A stretch of DNA of 64,000 nucleotides from Octopus bimaculoides (GCF_001194135.2 NC_068982.1:131537982-131601981); one strand, 5' to 3'. Positions 29,319 through 43,116 are shown, counted from the stretch's first letter. Made by a program: numbers and translations. Notes: a model not told the origin generated them from the letters alone.

Positions 29319-29840
29319 CAGAGGTGGGGGAAACTATTAAGTGCGGCGGGCAAAAATTTACAAATAAAAAGGTCCGCGGGCGGATCACAAGTTCTAACTC
29401 ATATATTTGTAGATCTTGTATGTATCTATGTATAATTCGATATACATTAATAAAGATAAGTTTAATACATTAAATTAACGCATAATATCTTCATTAACGC
29501 CGCCACTGAATTTAGGACATTTATATTAATTATGAGGTCTCTATATTCTTCAGCTAAAATGTAGTTGGACCTCAAGGGGGTGGTCCAAACGTAGCAATAT
29601 ATGTCTTATAGTGAAAACAAAATTTCCATTCAAATGGCTATTACCGGACGATTTTCTGTTCGAGTCTAACCGTTTCAAGTCGTAGTGGAAACGCGACCTA
29701 TGTCGCAAATAGGCATACGGATATTGTATAAAGAATATTGTATAAATTTTATAATTGAAAAATTGTCTATATTTTGTACATACGAGTATATCAGCATGCG
29801 GGCGAAATAAAATAGGCTCGCGGGGGTTTCCCCATCCCTG
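29319..29840. mobile_element. Non-autonomous hAT (Charlie/SPIN-like) MITE, 522 bp
   Basis: TIRs cagaggtgggggaaac and gtttccccatccctg. Perfect 8-bp TSD gtgtagag at 29311-29318 and 29841-29848. Subterminal gcgggc motifs at both ends. 8-bp TSDs and CAGGGG-type termini are established hAT hallmarks. Confidence 0.93.
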
Positions 29841-30432
29841 GTGTAGAGTATAGGCTATAGGCGGATTGTGTTGTTGTTAGTCTTGTTGGCATTGTTTAAC
29901 ACCAGGCCAGCTCTCACCTAGCAACCCATGATCAAAGAGCAGTCAAACTTGGCTTTCCCATCTTTTCTTTTTAAACAATGATGTATCCCGCAGTACATTA
30001 GTCAGTCTGTTCTTTGTTTGACAGTGAGGAGTGAGATCTAGAAGTGATCTAGCATCTATTTCTAAAATAATTGATTGACTATGGAAATGTCACGTCGTGA
30101 TTCCTTGGAATATGTTTTGCATGAATTGCTTTGTTTTATTGGGTGGTGATTGTATAAGGTATATATTATGTACACAGAGATGTGCTAATTGAGCAGTGCC
30201 ACTAAATTGAAGGTGACTTGTCCAGGACACTGGCCGTCTCTGCGCATTTCATTCTCTTTATGTATATAATCATACATATATACATTCCATCTTTAATCTC
30301 CTTTCTGTCAACACCCCAAATGCAAAACTTCTTTCCTGAAGACGGAGGCTGGTATTATCCGATGATGGAATTTACAATCATTATTGTGGATCACCAAGCC
30401 CCCAGAAACAGCTTCTGGACTCGTAAAACACC

Positions 30433-30482
30433 TTTAATTCAACCCCTTTAATTCAACCCCTTTAATTCAACCCCTTTAATTC
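30433..30482. repeat. 14-bp minisatellite (tttaattcaacccc) x ~3.5
   Basis: Read directly from the sequence. Confidence 0.9.
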
Positions 30483-31610
30483 CGGATATCATTTCTATTC
30501 TGTGTAAGTCGAACCTTTTTATATGTAAACACATATACATTTTTTTGTATTAAATGTATTTAATATTTTTTCGATATCGACCTGCCTAATTTGCTTATCC
30601 ATACATTTACTTCTCTACCTGCTCAAGTTTAAACCTCTTGAGCACTACGAAGTGTATTCCTTACGGAGAATACCTATCTTTCAATTATAATACATGTATA
30701 CATACATATGAACACACACACATACACATGTAAGGATGTATTTATCTAAACGTTTAATTAGAATGAAATATCAACATGCTGCCTCGGCCAGTAATTTAAG
30801 TAGCCGTTCATAACTATTTATATGACGTATATAATAGCAAAATATCAAAATTCATCAAATAAAGTAATCGGAAGAGCTAGCATGATGAGAATCTTTACAT
30901 TGCAACGTTCCCCCAACGATTGCAGATTCTAGAAAGCTATTTGAAAAAATGTAATTATAGCCAACGGCTGAATGTCAGACATGTGTAGAATTGTCATGTT
31001 GACAATATCCAAAAATATTATTGAAAGACCAACAAACATAAGACCTAACAGGCGATTACTGAAAATTGGAGCTCGAGGAAATGTGGAAATGTGTCTGGCA
31101 GTGCAATGAACTTGAATGCTAAACCCACGAAACAACAATATGATCTAAATACAACGCATTATATCATGACCTTCTAAGCTACGAGTTATTGGAGAGATAA
31201 AAAATAAAACAAAGCAAAAACAAACCAAAGCTACAAAGAAGAAATGTAAAAATATTTTCAAAATTATACATGGAGATTTAATTAAGACTGAAGTGTTTTG
31301 TACAAGAAACAGCGCAGCAGCTATAGTGTAATACAAACTCTATCAGGGGAATTCAGCCATATTGTCTGACTTAGAAACTAATCATCATTGTCGTCGATGG
31401 ATGTCAATGTCATCGTAGCCTAGTTTATCATGTGTGCTGCAGAACAGGATATAAATTTCACTATTTGTTTCTAAACGACGCTATATCTTTATCGTATCTT
31501 TAGATATCATACCCCAATTCATATACAGTAAAAAAAAAAGAAAAAAAAAACAAGAAAAAAAAAACAGAAAAACCAGGAGGGAATTTGGCATGTGTAATAT
31601 ACAGTATACA

Positions 31611-31653
<43 letters not shown>

Positions 31654-31802
31654 CGGTGGGTATGTTTATTTACATACAATTAANNNNNNNNNNTATATAT
31701 AATTGTATGTAAATACACATACTCACGCATACACACACCCACACAAATATGTGTGCATGTATAATTACATATGTATGTATTTATGTATCTACACCTATCT
31801 GT

Positions 31803-32041
31803 GTGGAGGCGCAATGGCCCAGTGGTTAGGGCAGCGGACTCGCGGTCATAGGATCGCGGTTTCGATTCCAAGACCGGGCGTTGTGAGTGTTTATTGAGCG
31901 AAAACACTTAAAGCTCCACGAGGCTCCGTGTCTGTGGAGTGCTCAGCCACTTGCACGTTAATTTCACGAGCAGGCTGTTCCATTGATCGGATCAACTGGA
32001 ACCCTCGACGTCGTAAGCGACGGAGTGCCAATAACTTGCCA
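31803..32041 (+). mobile_element. Young tRNA-derived SINE with a 12-bp TSD; short form relative to the 55637 copy
   Basis: A box tggcccagtgg, B-box-like gtttcgattcc. TSD acacctatctgt at 31791-31802 and 32042-32053. The 3' half (gtgtctgtggagtgctcagcc...gacggagtgc) is shared with the copy at 55637. Confidence 0.95.
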
Positions 32042-33824
32042 ACACCTATCTGTACACAAACATGTGTATGTCTGTGTGCTGTATGTATATACTAGTGGCA
32101 AGTGATTTCCAAGCTGCTATGTACTTATCCTTTTTAGTTTTTTTCTCTCTAAATTTGTATATATATCTACGATTAATGAGTTGAAGATATAAATTTGTCC
32201 AGGAGAAAATGAAGAAATGGATATATATATTATTTTCAGCAGAAGATACTGGAGAAAATGGTTCAGAAGTTTAGCACCAAGGAAAGAACCTGGACATTTT
32301 GCTGTTTCGTTCGTCAGGTTCAAGATCGAAATGAAAAGATAGTCAACGTCTGATTTTTCTTTCCAGTCCTTGCGAATGGAAATAAATCTGCTGAATAACT
32401 TGATAACATTGGCTATTTATCTTCAAAAAAACTTTTTTATTTAGCAGAATAACTATTAGCAAAATATTTCTTTTTCATTACGAGTATATTTTAATGTTAA
32501 TTGTTTATTTGATCTGAGTAATTTTTTAATTTTCAGTCATATCTTCTGTATCTCTCGTTGGACCTCGAACGTTTATTACTTGCTCTATTTGCAACTGAAA
32601 GATGTTAGAACCAAAAGCAGTAGCGTTACAGTAGCAGTCTGTACATTCAGAACGACGCTTTTAAGGAAGCGGCCCTTTTGGGTTTGTTATATAATCCTCT
32701 ATAGGTTCATACTCCAGTGGGGTAGTGGTAACTCAAGTGTAGCTCCGGATGGCACACACTTTAGCTACGCTACTGAGCAGCGAAAAACTTAACTTCAATT
32801 ATTTATTCATAATAACCTGTATTATTCCATCAATGATTCTGTCCATAAATTTCAAAGAAAGATGAGGTAGGTTTTATGAAGTTCCTGCCTTACTGAAACT
32901 AAAGAGCAGTGCTTACGTAAATGAGATGAAATAACAAAAGAAAAGAAAAAAAATCACACACACACGCACACACACACACACACAAAAAGAACGGAAACAA
33001 AAACCATGTCACAAAGATTTTCATCAAAGATAAAGTACTAAAATACCTTCCTACTTGCTCAATAAACAACGATTATTGTTTTTTCTTTTTGTTATTTTAT
33101 GATAAAAGCTTTCACCAGTTCATTCGATAAGATCGAGATTTGTAACAAAATGGACAAGTAATTGTTATGAAATGTTATAGTGACGTTATAATGTAGTGAT
33201 GACGTAACTAAATTACCCTAGCAACAACTAATAACTAATAATCAGTATTGTATTATTGTTTGTCGCGAGAGACGTAGATCAAGAGGCTTTCTACCGGAAA
33301 GGCAAGTTTGCAATTGCTATTTTGATTTCCCAATAGAATGGGTGAGAACGAAACAACATTATATATCGTACTCCCTTTATAAACATATAAGATCTTTCAT
33401 ATAGTAAAAAGCAAAAACACTAATAGTTTTCAACTAATAATAACCACGCCTTGGATAACTTCCATTTGTTATATTACCTCATCTGCGTAGAAACAGAAAA
33501 CAATCATAGACAAATCAATATAGGTAGTTAAAACTAAAACTAAACACCAAATAAAAAAAAAAAATTCGATTCCCTGTTGAAATTATTTTACTTCATGTGC
33601 ACATCTAATCCCTATGAAATTCAGGGATGCAACCATTTAACATCTTTATTTTATCAAACTCTGCGGTTAACTGACTTCGTATTTTTTTTTCATTCCCAGT
33701 TAAAAAATTCGTGGTAGTTTCAAAGGTAGGCGGATCAAAGGCAGAAACTTTAGAACACTGAATTTAGAATATTATATAATATTTAGTTGCACACTCTAGA
33801 TTTTGAGTTTAAGTCTCTTAACGC

Positions 33825-33945
33825 CTAAAGCGTTAAGCTCACAATTATAAGAAAGCGAGTTCGATTTCTAGATCAGGTGGTGAATTGTGACTTTGAGTCA
33901 AATGTTTCATTTCACAGAGTTCCAGCCTTCTTAACTGAAAAATAC
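33825..33945 (+). mobile_element. Degraded SINE family B
   Basis: gctcacaattataag...gagttcgatttctagatcagg...gtgactttgagtcaaatgtttcatttcacagagttccagc. Confidence 0.55.
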
Positions 33946-33992
33946 AAGTTCTACGCATAAGCTGGTGTAGTCCTTACATCTTTAGCTACCAC

Positions 33993-34086
33993 ATCCTGAA
34001 TATTCTGCTGGACAAAGATTGGGAAGTTATAGTTCATGCTGCTACCAAATCGTGCTTGCTACAGAGTGACTGCTATAACTTTAGTT
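33993..34086 (+). pseudogene. Highly decayed mariner transposase remnant
   Basis: Translates to DWEVIVHAATKSCLLQSDCYNF. W, E, V, H, L, S, D and F fall at the spacing of the mariner motif WEVLPHPPYSPDLAPSDYHLF. Confidence 0.45.
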
Positions 34087-37000
34087 AGAAGGGTAGTGAC
34101 CCTAACCATTGGGGGATATTGAAAACAGGTGTGGAAGAAGAAGAAAAAGAAGAAGAAGAATTTGACATTTTACTGCCGTAAGAAAAACACAACAGGAAAT
34201 CGAGATATCTTCAAATTGAAGACGTGGTACGATTTCTGGCTAAGAAAGAACTGTTTTAAAGACACCCCAGGGCTAGGATTGGTTTAAAACGCTGCGAAGA
34301 GTTAACGTATAAGTCTTTAATTTCCATTCCTCCGGTGTTGACGAAATATGTATTAGTCATAAATATTGGAGGCAATTTAATTGACTATATTTATAAACTA
34401 TAAATTTGTAGCCTTGAGTTAATTTAGAAATCAATATGTCTCGCCGAATTCTTCTCTTTCCTGGAAATAGATCCGATGTAGAGCAGCTTACGTTTGTGAC
34501 CAAGGAACTTCATGTTTAAGTAAGCTAGTCCTACATTTCAACGTGCTCATCTTTTTTTCTGTCAGTCTTCTTGGCGTCAAAATTGTATAACACAACTATT
34601 TTAATAACATAAGCAATGTGAGAATCTCGTACAAGTGTACAGTAATACATAATGTACATACATAAATACATCTGTCTATATATATATAAGTTGGTCAGAC
34701 AGTCATAAGTATATGTCAGACTTAGGGCATATGCGTGTATATGTAAGTGTGTGTGCTCGAGAGAAAGTGAGAGAGAGGGAGAAAGAGTGAGAGAGATATC
34801 GCGGTGCGTTTGTTAAAATAGAAACGATATTCGAAAAGGTACTGTTGTCAAAATAAAAATTCTACATAACAATTTGAAAAGATACTTTCTCCATACTTTA
34901 AATGGTTTCTTGCTCTATTTAACCTTTCGTATTCTTTTAATAAGAGGGTCTGACGCAGCGTTAAAATTATTTCCAAATTTAACACTTTAAAGGTTTAGCT
35001 TTAATCCTACCCATGTAGTCACGGGAAAAGAAATTCATGCTCTATCTAGAGATTGAATGGCTTTTAACATGTTATCACGATGTAAAACGAGAATAAACGT
35101 CACTTACATATAAAAACAATCTAACTCAAAGTTAAAACAGGAATATTTGTAAAGTAATATTGCAGTGAAGGTGGTAACTATCACACGAAGCGCCATATGA
35201 ATGCAAACTGACATACTTATATCCTTACAATAGCTAATAATAATCAAACGATATTTTGATAACAGTTGAGAAGATAATAATCACTGATATAATTGACTGT
35301 TGATTGCAAGATTATTGAAGAAAAACAAACGAGAAACAACTATTGCCTCGTAAATGTGTTGTTACAGGCAATAAGCTGAAAACGTTATTATTTATCAAAA
35401 ATTCTTTTCTCATTTGCTTAAACAGTTCTGTGCAAATAATCTCAAGATTTCTCCGAGTTTCTTTGGCGACCAAGCTGTAGTTAAATAAAAGTAGCATGGG
35501 AAAACAGAAGTCATAACATGATTGTCTATATACCTTTTTAGAAAGACAACATTGTAGGTGATAGATATAAATGCTAAAATACTAATATAAGATCTATATA
35601 ATATAAAAAGACTAATATAAGATCTTTATAATATAATATCCAGAACTCCTGGTTATAATAAACTTAAATGCTCAAATCTACAATGAAATAGACACGGTTT
35701 CGTAGGGCAATTTTTTCAAAGAGTGCAATGAAATCTTATACTCGTATTACCCTTCAGAAGTTTTGTAAAAGTGTTTTGTAAAATCAGGTGCACTAACTGT
35801 AGTCATGGCAAATTTCCTCGGATAGCTGAAAAGACGAGTTTCTTTCTATTTTCCAGTTTTTGTAAGAAAATCTATTGAATCGAACAATTATAACCAACAC
35901 TTATTGATGGTGAAAGGATAAATGCCAAAGTACTTTCCGGTGAGTTGTGAACCCAGAAAAGTCCGGCAGTGATCAAATACAGAATAAGTATCTAATTTAG
36001 TACTCTAGTATTTCGGTTACACATCACACCCCATCGTCATAATACTCATTAACTACATTTGTAATTAGTTGAAGGTCACAGATATGTAGATATGATATCT
36101 AATAGATAATAAATGGAAGGATGTAATTGATTGATTGGATTAATTTTTGTCCATCGATGGGTTGATGAAAAGCTATGTTGTCCAGTATTGTTTGAACTCA
36201 GAAACTCGTGACTACGTATTATAACACTAAGTTTTTCACTTTACTCTATCAACCACCTGATTCCGTGTGACTAGGTATACCTCCATAGATTGATAAGGGA
36301 GAGAAATTGAAATTGTTGGATGTTAATTACTTTTCCTAAGAGGATTTTAATAGAAGTGATGTTTCATTAGCCAAAAAAAAAAAAAAAAAAAGACGTTCAC
36401 CTCATTCGCCGCGTTCATATTAAAAATTAATAATACTATTGGAACATGACCACGTATTTTGCGAGAACGCTGTTGATGATCGTCTATTCTATTACATAAC
36501 TGGAGGACATTATTTTATAGAGCATAAAAGGATAAAATGAAAATATAACACTGAATAAGAATTGAATACAACGTAAAGGAATAACTATTAAAGACAACAG
36601 TGTCCACTGCTCTAACGACTCTGTAATCTACGATTTAAACGACATTTTCAATATTAAACATTAAGCAACATTTGCTGTTCATGTTTCGTACTCAACTACC
36701 TCAAATACTATAATTAAAACGTAAATTATTATTGAAAATTTAGGAAGGGTGAAATGGCAAAAAAAGCAGGCAATAAATTGCAGGTCTAAATACCTCAAAG
36801 TATTTAACTTCATTCATTTACACTTTGAAATTGAATCCAGATAACACTGATTTCGTTTTTTATTCTACTAGAATCGATAAAACAGATACAATATTGTCCA
36901 TCATTAATTCTATCGGCTAAATCTCTCTTCTGAAAAATTTCTCAGTAAGAAAGCAACACAGGCAAATATAAACTTTTCTATCGTAAAAAAACAAAAAAAC

Positions 37001-38240
37001 TCCTCGTTTCTGGATTAATGAATTAATATCAGATATTTAATAAGAAATGGCGAAGTGTGACGCAATAAGAGCAATACTAAATTTCTGGTGGTACTTGACT
37101 TCTGACTATTATTCTAAACTATCCAATATCATTATTCAAATAGGGAGTTCAACGGTTATTTTTCTGTAGTCTGATAGTTTCTATTATTCGGTATTTGTTT
37201 GGTTCACTGAGCAGGTGACTGCGTTTTATGTATTATCAGCTCTTTATAGAGATCAGACGTGTCGTGAGTTTTGACAAAACAATCTGCAGTTAAAAACTTC
37301 GGAGTTAAATGTACCTTCAGTGGGTATAGAAAAATAAAAACGAGCATTAACATTTTTGCGAGGTTTTCGTTGATATATATAATATTTAATTCATAATCGT
37401 TAGTCTAACAAAATGTATTTTTTTCGGATAAACTATTATGGATTAAATATTTAGGCACTTTCAGACTTATCTTTAAGATTTTATCCTAAGTGACAGGACA
37501 TAGTCATTCCCTGGAGTATGTACACATGCGCGCATTTGGAACGCGCGCGCGCACACACTCATATGAACGGAAATGAATTAATAACAAGCTGGTTTTTCAT
37601 CCACACTAGAGAAATAGGATTGAGTAATGTGTTAGTACTGTTATGATACAAAACTCAAACTGTAATAAAATAAAATAAAAGAAACCTCTACGAGGAAGAG
37701 AGTGGGATTGATTTAAATATTTGGCAAAGTACAATAAACTGGTGTGCTGTTAAGAGAAGTGAGTGGTGAGATTTCGGACAGAGCCATGCGTTGGGTCACG
37801 TTAACATTAAAAAGAATTTGGATAGCTCCAAGAATTGATTATCACAAATTTAATTTGATGATGGGTTTACTAGTAGGTAGTTAAGGTGTAAGTTTGAAGC
37901 AATTACTGTAACGGCCAAATAATTATGTAATATATCATTGGAAATTGATTTATTGCATGATAAATACTACTGTATTTCCGCAGGTAATCTTTCAAACAAT
38001 ATTTTAAAGTTCGTATATTAGTTAGAGTCACTTTAGAAATAATTGCTTTGCAAAAATAATCTTTCGGAATTAAAATTTGCTGTGGTTATCAACCGATTTA
38101 ACATGACTGTTAAATACTTGTTCACCCCAAAAGAAATTCTTCAAAGAGAAATGTGTGATATATTTTTAATGATTGTCTTGCTTTATACAATAATTTGACA
38201 TTTACCTAACTTATAATACGATTTAAATTTTTTGTATATA

Positions 38241-38683
38241 CAAGGTCATCCCATAAATAATGCAGTTTTTTCAACTGCATGAATTAAAAGTCGGAGGGGG
38301 ACGGGATAAACTACCTACGTGAACTTGCTGTAAAAGCAGGTAGAGGATGACATTCCAAAGGCTGGAGCAGTTTGAATGGTATACGATGCACCACCCACCA
38401 TATTCGCCGGACATTGCCCTATCTGATTATCATTTATTCCGCAGTCCTCAATCATTTGAACGGAAAAAATATGAATTCTGTAGACGAGGTCAGAACAATA
38501 CTGGAGGAGTATTTTATGTCATAGACAAGTGAATTTTGAAAGAGGGGCCTTGAAAGTCTACCATACAAATGGAAGAGCATTGTAGAAAATGAAGGAGAGT
38601 ATATTTTAGATTAAAAAATAACTATATCTTAGTTTTGAAAAATAAAAGTATAAAAAAACCGCATTATTTATGGGATGACCCAA
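38241..38683 (+). mobile_element. Internally deleted mariner (Tc1/mariner, D34D type) element, 443 bp
   Basis: TA-flanked TIRs ggtcatcccataaataatgc[a/g]gtttttt at both ends. C-terminal transposase HHPPYSPDIALSDYHLFRS, then after a frameshift NGKNMNSVDEVRTILEEYF..KRGLESLPYKWKSIVENEGEYILD*. Confidence 0.95.
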
Positions 38684-39045
38684 TAAGTAATAGGTTTCTA
38701 CCCAACACAAAAATGATACAGATTCAGTATCATTTATTATCACGGAATAATGTAACATACTGCGAAAAACTATTGTAGATCTAAGTGTCCTATCATGACC
38801 ATAGTCCAATGGCTAAAGCACGTAAAAGAATAAAAAAATAAAAGAGAGGATGATGATCAAAGCATTGCATATCTCAATATTTCTTGACGGCGTTAGTCCC
38901 ATGGTAGTTCGCACACCATTCAGAAAGATAGGCTCTATTGTTTATGACAATGCAAAAACGTTTCCTTTATTTCTTAGTCACAAACCATGTTTTGTAATTG
39001 GATAATATGAATGGATAAGTGATACATTCATAGGTGCATACACAG

Positions 39046-39091
<46 letters not shown>

Positions 39092-39101
39092 NNNNNNNNN
39101 N

Positions 39102-39140
<39 letters not shown>

Positions 39141-39454
39141 CGTGTGTGTGTGTGGGTGTTTATACACACACACAAAAATATACATATATCCACATCTAAG
39201 CCTCCAAATATCTACTGAGACTACATGTAGGCACCTGGACTGTCCCTTACCGGGGCGCAAACATGGGAAAATTACGTTTTTTTTTAAGGGAGACCATACA
39301 TGCCTGTTTTTCCTTTTCTCTCCTCTGATGTCCATTGGAAAGGCAAGAGAAAATATAGTTTGGAACCAGTGCCATTCCAGGCGCTGTTATCACGACACAA
39401 TGAACTGAAGATGACTCCACTAGAGATCCTGTTCGATGATCTAACAATTCCCTC

Positions 39455-39595
39455 AATCTAACACCTGGGCTGATACCTTATTTATTGATCCAAAAGAAGA
39501 AACGTAGAGATAAATTGGAACTCAGACCCCAGAGTCGAAACCAGCACACAAAGAAATTCCATCCACCACACTAACGACTTTGCCGCTACGGTTCA
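39455..39595 (-). mobile_element. Degraded SINE family A
   Basis: ccttatttattgatcc...attggaactcag...ctaacgactttgccgct. Confidence 0.5.
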
Positions 39596-39609
39596 CTGTC
39601 CCTCTCTCT

Positions 39610-39639
39610 TTCCTATGTATGTATATATATATACATACA

Positions 39640-39709
<70 letters not shown>

Positions 39710-39920
39710 NNNNNNNNNNNNNNNNNNNNNNNNNNNNNNNNNNNNNNNNNNNNNNNNNNNNNNNNNNNNNNNNNNNNNNNNNNNNNNNNNNNNNNNNNNN
39801 NNNNNNNNNNNNNNNNNNNNNNNNNNNNNNNNNNNNNNNNNNNNNNNNNNNNNNNNNNNNNNNNNNNNNNNNNNNNNNNNNNNNNNNGCTCATTCCTATA
39901 TATGTATGTATATATATATA

Positions 39921-39993
<73 letters not shown>

Positions 39994-40354
39994 GTGTCTG
40001 TCTGTGTGTACATATATATGTATTTATGTATGTATGTATGTATGTATGTATGTATGTATGTATGTATGTATGAAGGTCTGACAACTGTTTTCTCAAAGAA
40101 ACTGTGGCAAACAAGTAGAATGAAAGAGTGAGAGAATGAGAAGAATCGACACTGGGACAGAACTGGTACTTTATCGACCCCGGATCGATGAAAAGTTAAG
40201 TTGACTCGACTGGAATTAAGCTTAGGGAACTGGAACTATTAGTGCAAAACTATCAATCCGATGCTCTAATGACTGCCGGTTAGCCGCCCGAATATATATA
40301 TAAATACATACATATGTCTATATGTATGTGCACATATATGCATACATATACAGA

Positions 40355-40416
<62 letters not shown>

Positions 40417-40588
40417 NNNNNNNNNNNNNNNNNNNNNNNNNNNNNNNNNNNNNNNNNNNNNNNNNNNNNNNNNNNNNNNNNNNNNNNNNNNNNNNNNNNN
40501 NNNNNNNNNNNNNNNNNNNNNNNNNNNNNNNNNNNNNNNNNNNNNNNNNNNNNNNNNNNNNNNNNNNNNNNNNNNNNNNNNNNNNNNN

Positions 40589-40620
<32 letters not shown>

Positions 40621-40650
40621 TTATATGTGTGCGCACACACACACGCACAC
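39610..40650. repeat. (TACA)n/(TA)n/(TG)n/(CA)n tracts with gaps 39710-39887 and 40417-40588
   Basis: Read directly from the sequence. Confidence 0.92.
40143..40289 (-). mobile_element. SINE family A, diverged
   Basis: aactggtactttatcgacccc...gatgaaaagttaagttgactcg...ctaatgactgccggttagccgcc. Confidence 0.75.
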
Positions 40651-41166
40651 ACTCACACTCACTATTCCCTTTTGAGCTACCTTGCGACAGAACATTCAGT
40701 TTTCAATGGTAACAACAATAAATAAACGAACAAATAAATATAGTAAAAGACAGAAAAATAAGTGAGTCTCTGAATGATGATTTAGCTAATGGGATAACTG
40801 CCAGGATTAGCTGGCAAGTCACGAAGAGACGGAAATGGTTATTGTTATCGATATTTTTCTACTCCCCGCGCAAATAAAATTCATTTAAGATGGCGAATCT
40901 GGCAAGCTACAATAAAAAGAATGCGATAATATCGTTGAAAATCAGTTGTAACTGGACGACTACCGGCGATACGATTTGTGTAAGATTGCTTCACAAATTA
41001 ATATTTTTTCCTTCTCCCGTGCTTATCTTTCCGTAAATAGGGATTAAAGTTATTATGAAAACATATTCTTTTTCGTATTTTTATATCAGCATTTTTCAGG
41101 CTTCGATTGTAAGAATATAAATGCATACGTTCACGCAGATACACATACACACACACATACACACAT

Positions 41167-41199
<33 letters not shown>

Positions 41200-41279
41200 T
41201 TTATACCTACGTACATAAATACATAAATGCATATGTGTATGATGTTTTTTGCTTATGTTTATTTGTGTGTCTTGGAAAT

Positions 41280-41470
41280 TGAGTGGTTTTGTGGTTTGCG
41301 TGTTTGGATCACAATCATTAGACTGAGAGTTCAGTTCTCGGTAGGGTGGTACCTTGTTCTTGAGCAAGGCATTTCTTTTCACGCTGTTTCACACCACTCA
41401 GTTGGAAATGAGCCATAGTGGAGGCTGACGAGTTAACACTGCGACGGACTGGCGACTTGTCCAGTGAGAT
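41280..41470 (+). mobile_element. SINE family B with a distinct 3' segment (ctgcgacggactggcgacttgtccag)
   Basis: The head matches the other family B copies (gttcttgagcaaggcatttcttttcacgctg...ccactcagttgg). Confidence 0.7.
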
Positions 41471-41667
41471 AGTTTTCCACTCTCTGATTAACTGCCACAG
41501 AAACCGAAATGTGTTTCTTTTTCTTAATTATATGTGTGCGTTCTTGCGTGCACGCTCGCGTGTGTATATTCACATTTATATATGTATACTTTATACACTT
41601 TCAAATAAAGGGGCAAAAACAAGTACTATCTACCACACAATAGCAATTAGGTACAGAAAATAAACCA

Positions 41668-41845
41668 ACACACATACAACTCTCCCCCCATGCACATACA
41701 ACTCCACTCACACACATACAACTCTCTTCCACATATAAAAATCACCCCACATACAACTCTCTCCCACATATAAAACTCACCCCACATACAACTTCCCTCA
41801 CAAATATAAAACAGAACCCCCTCCACACATATACGACTCCTCGCT
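41668..41845. repeat. Degenerate C/A-rich minisatellite (cacatacaactctc / cacatataaaa.tcaccc alternating units)
   Basis: About 9 diverged units of ~19-20 bp. Confidence 0.8.
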
Positions 41846-41974
41846 CTACATATATGGATAGATGATAGATATGTGTAGTTTTTGTCAGCCCTGAGTTAAT
41901 AATCTAATATATTCAAACCATGAAAAAGACAATTCTGTCTTTTAGAATATAATTTATATTAGACTACATTATCT

Positions 41975-42205
41975 TATTTCTTTACTGCCCACAAGGGGCT
42001 ACACACAGAGGGGACAAACAAGGACAGACAAACGGATTAAGTCGATTATATCGACCCCAGTGCGTAACTGGTACTTATTTAATCGACCCCGAAAGAATGA
42101 AAGGCAAAGTCGACCTCGGCGGAATTTTAACTCAGAACGTAGCAACAGACGAAATACCGGTATGCATTTAGCACGGCGCGCTAACGTTTCTGCCAGCTCA
42201 CCGCC
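41975..42205 (-). mobile_element. Young full-length SINE family A (tail type 1) with a perfect 16-bp TSD
   Basis: TSD ttagactacattatct at 41959-41974 and 42206-42221. On the minus strand the head is ggcggtgagctggcagaaacgttag and the B-box-like motif is gagttaaaattcc. Confidence 0.97.
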
Positions 42206-43078
42206 TTAGACTACATTATCTGTTTTAACCCTTCTTTTGTTGTAAAGACTGTAGTATATGTTTGGTGAGAGATATGGCAACCTTTTCTAGCAGATTACGT
42301 GACGACGTAAAGGATACCTCATTGGTTGCTAGTTGGATGTATTTATTATTAACAGTTATAGTAGTATGTGGAGAGATAGGGTTGAACGGAGAAATTATAG
42401 CTATTTATGCTGAGTGGATGAATAAAACTTTTGTCAATAATTTGTTTTTATATATATAACAATTTCGAGAATAATAGTGATGGAATTTGCTAAAATTTGC
42501 AAAATGTTCCTTCTCTCAGTAGGAAATAAAAGTGCAGTGGAATATTATCGTTGTTTTGATCCAGGTGCTATTGATTGGATGAAAAGGTTTGAAGGAAAAT
42601 ACATCGTTAGATTTTAGCTGTCCTAAATTTGGATTAACTGAAAGCCTTGTAAATACTCATCGTTACGTAATTAAAGACACAACTGCACACGTTCCCTAAT
42701 TGAACCCAATCTACATAAATTACGTTAGTAGTCCACGGAAAGCTTGTTTGGCAACGAACTGTACTTTAGAATTTTCAAAACACCACCATCAGCACTTCAT
42801 TCACCTCATCCTTCCCTCTCTCTTCTTTTGCCTTTCATTTTATGTGAGTTGCTGCAATATTCTAGAGTAAGGAAAGAAAGCGAGAGAAGTAGATACAGAG
42901 AGGGTAAAGAAGAAAAATCTGAGAGATACTGAAAGGAGAAAGAAAAGAGTTTGATGTCACACAGACGTACCACCGCCATCATCTCTACCAATCTTTTCCA
43001 CATCTCCCTCTATATATGACTGTCTCTTGATGTATATTCCTCATTCTCCATCACTCTATATCTATTTCAGGGTTCAAT

Positions 43079-43116
43079 AGAGAGAGAGAGAGAGAGAGGG
43101 GAGAGAGAGAGAGAGA

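Noticed and set aside
31805-31880. tRNA gene
   Set aside because: It has A/B boxes but no proper cloverleaf or acceptor stem, continues into a SINE body and is bounded by a TSD.
33110-33160. Possible 39-nt exon SFDKIEICNKMDK with an NKxD GTPase motif
   Set aside because: Too short, and no other G motifs are found in compatible exons.
35312-35497. HSP70-like motif TRRNLEIICTELFKQM
   Set aside because: Only a short pattern resemblance, with no flanking HSP70 sequence and no convincing donor site.
41668-41845. CRISPR-like repeat array
   Set aside because: The units are degenerate and contiguous with no unique spacers, the context is eukaryotic, and there are no cas genes.
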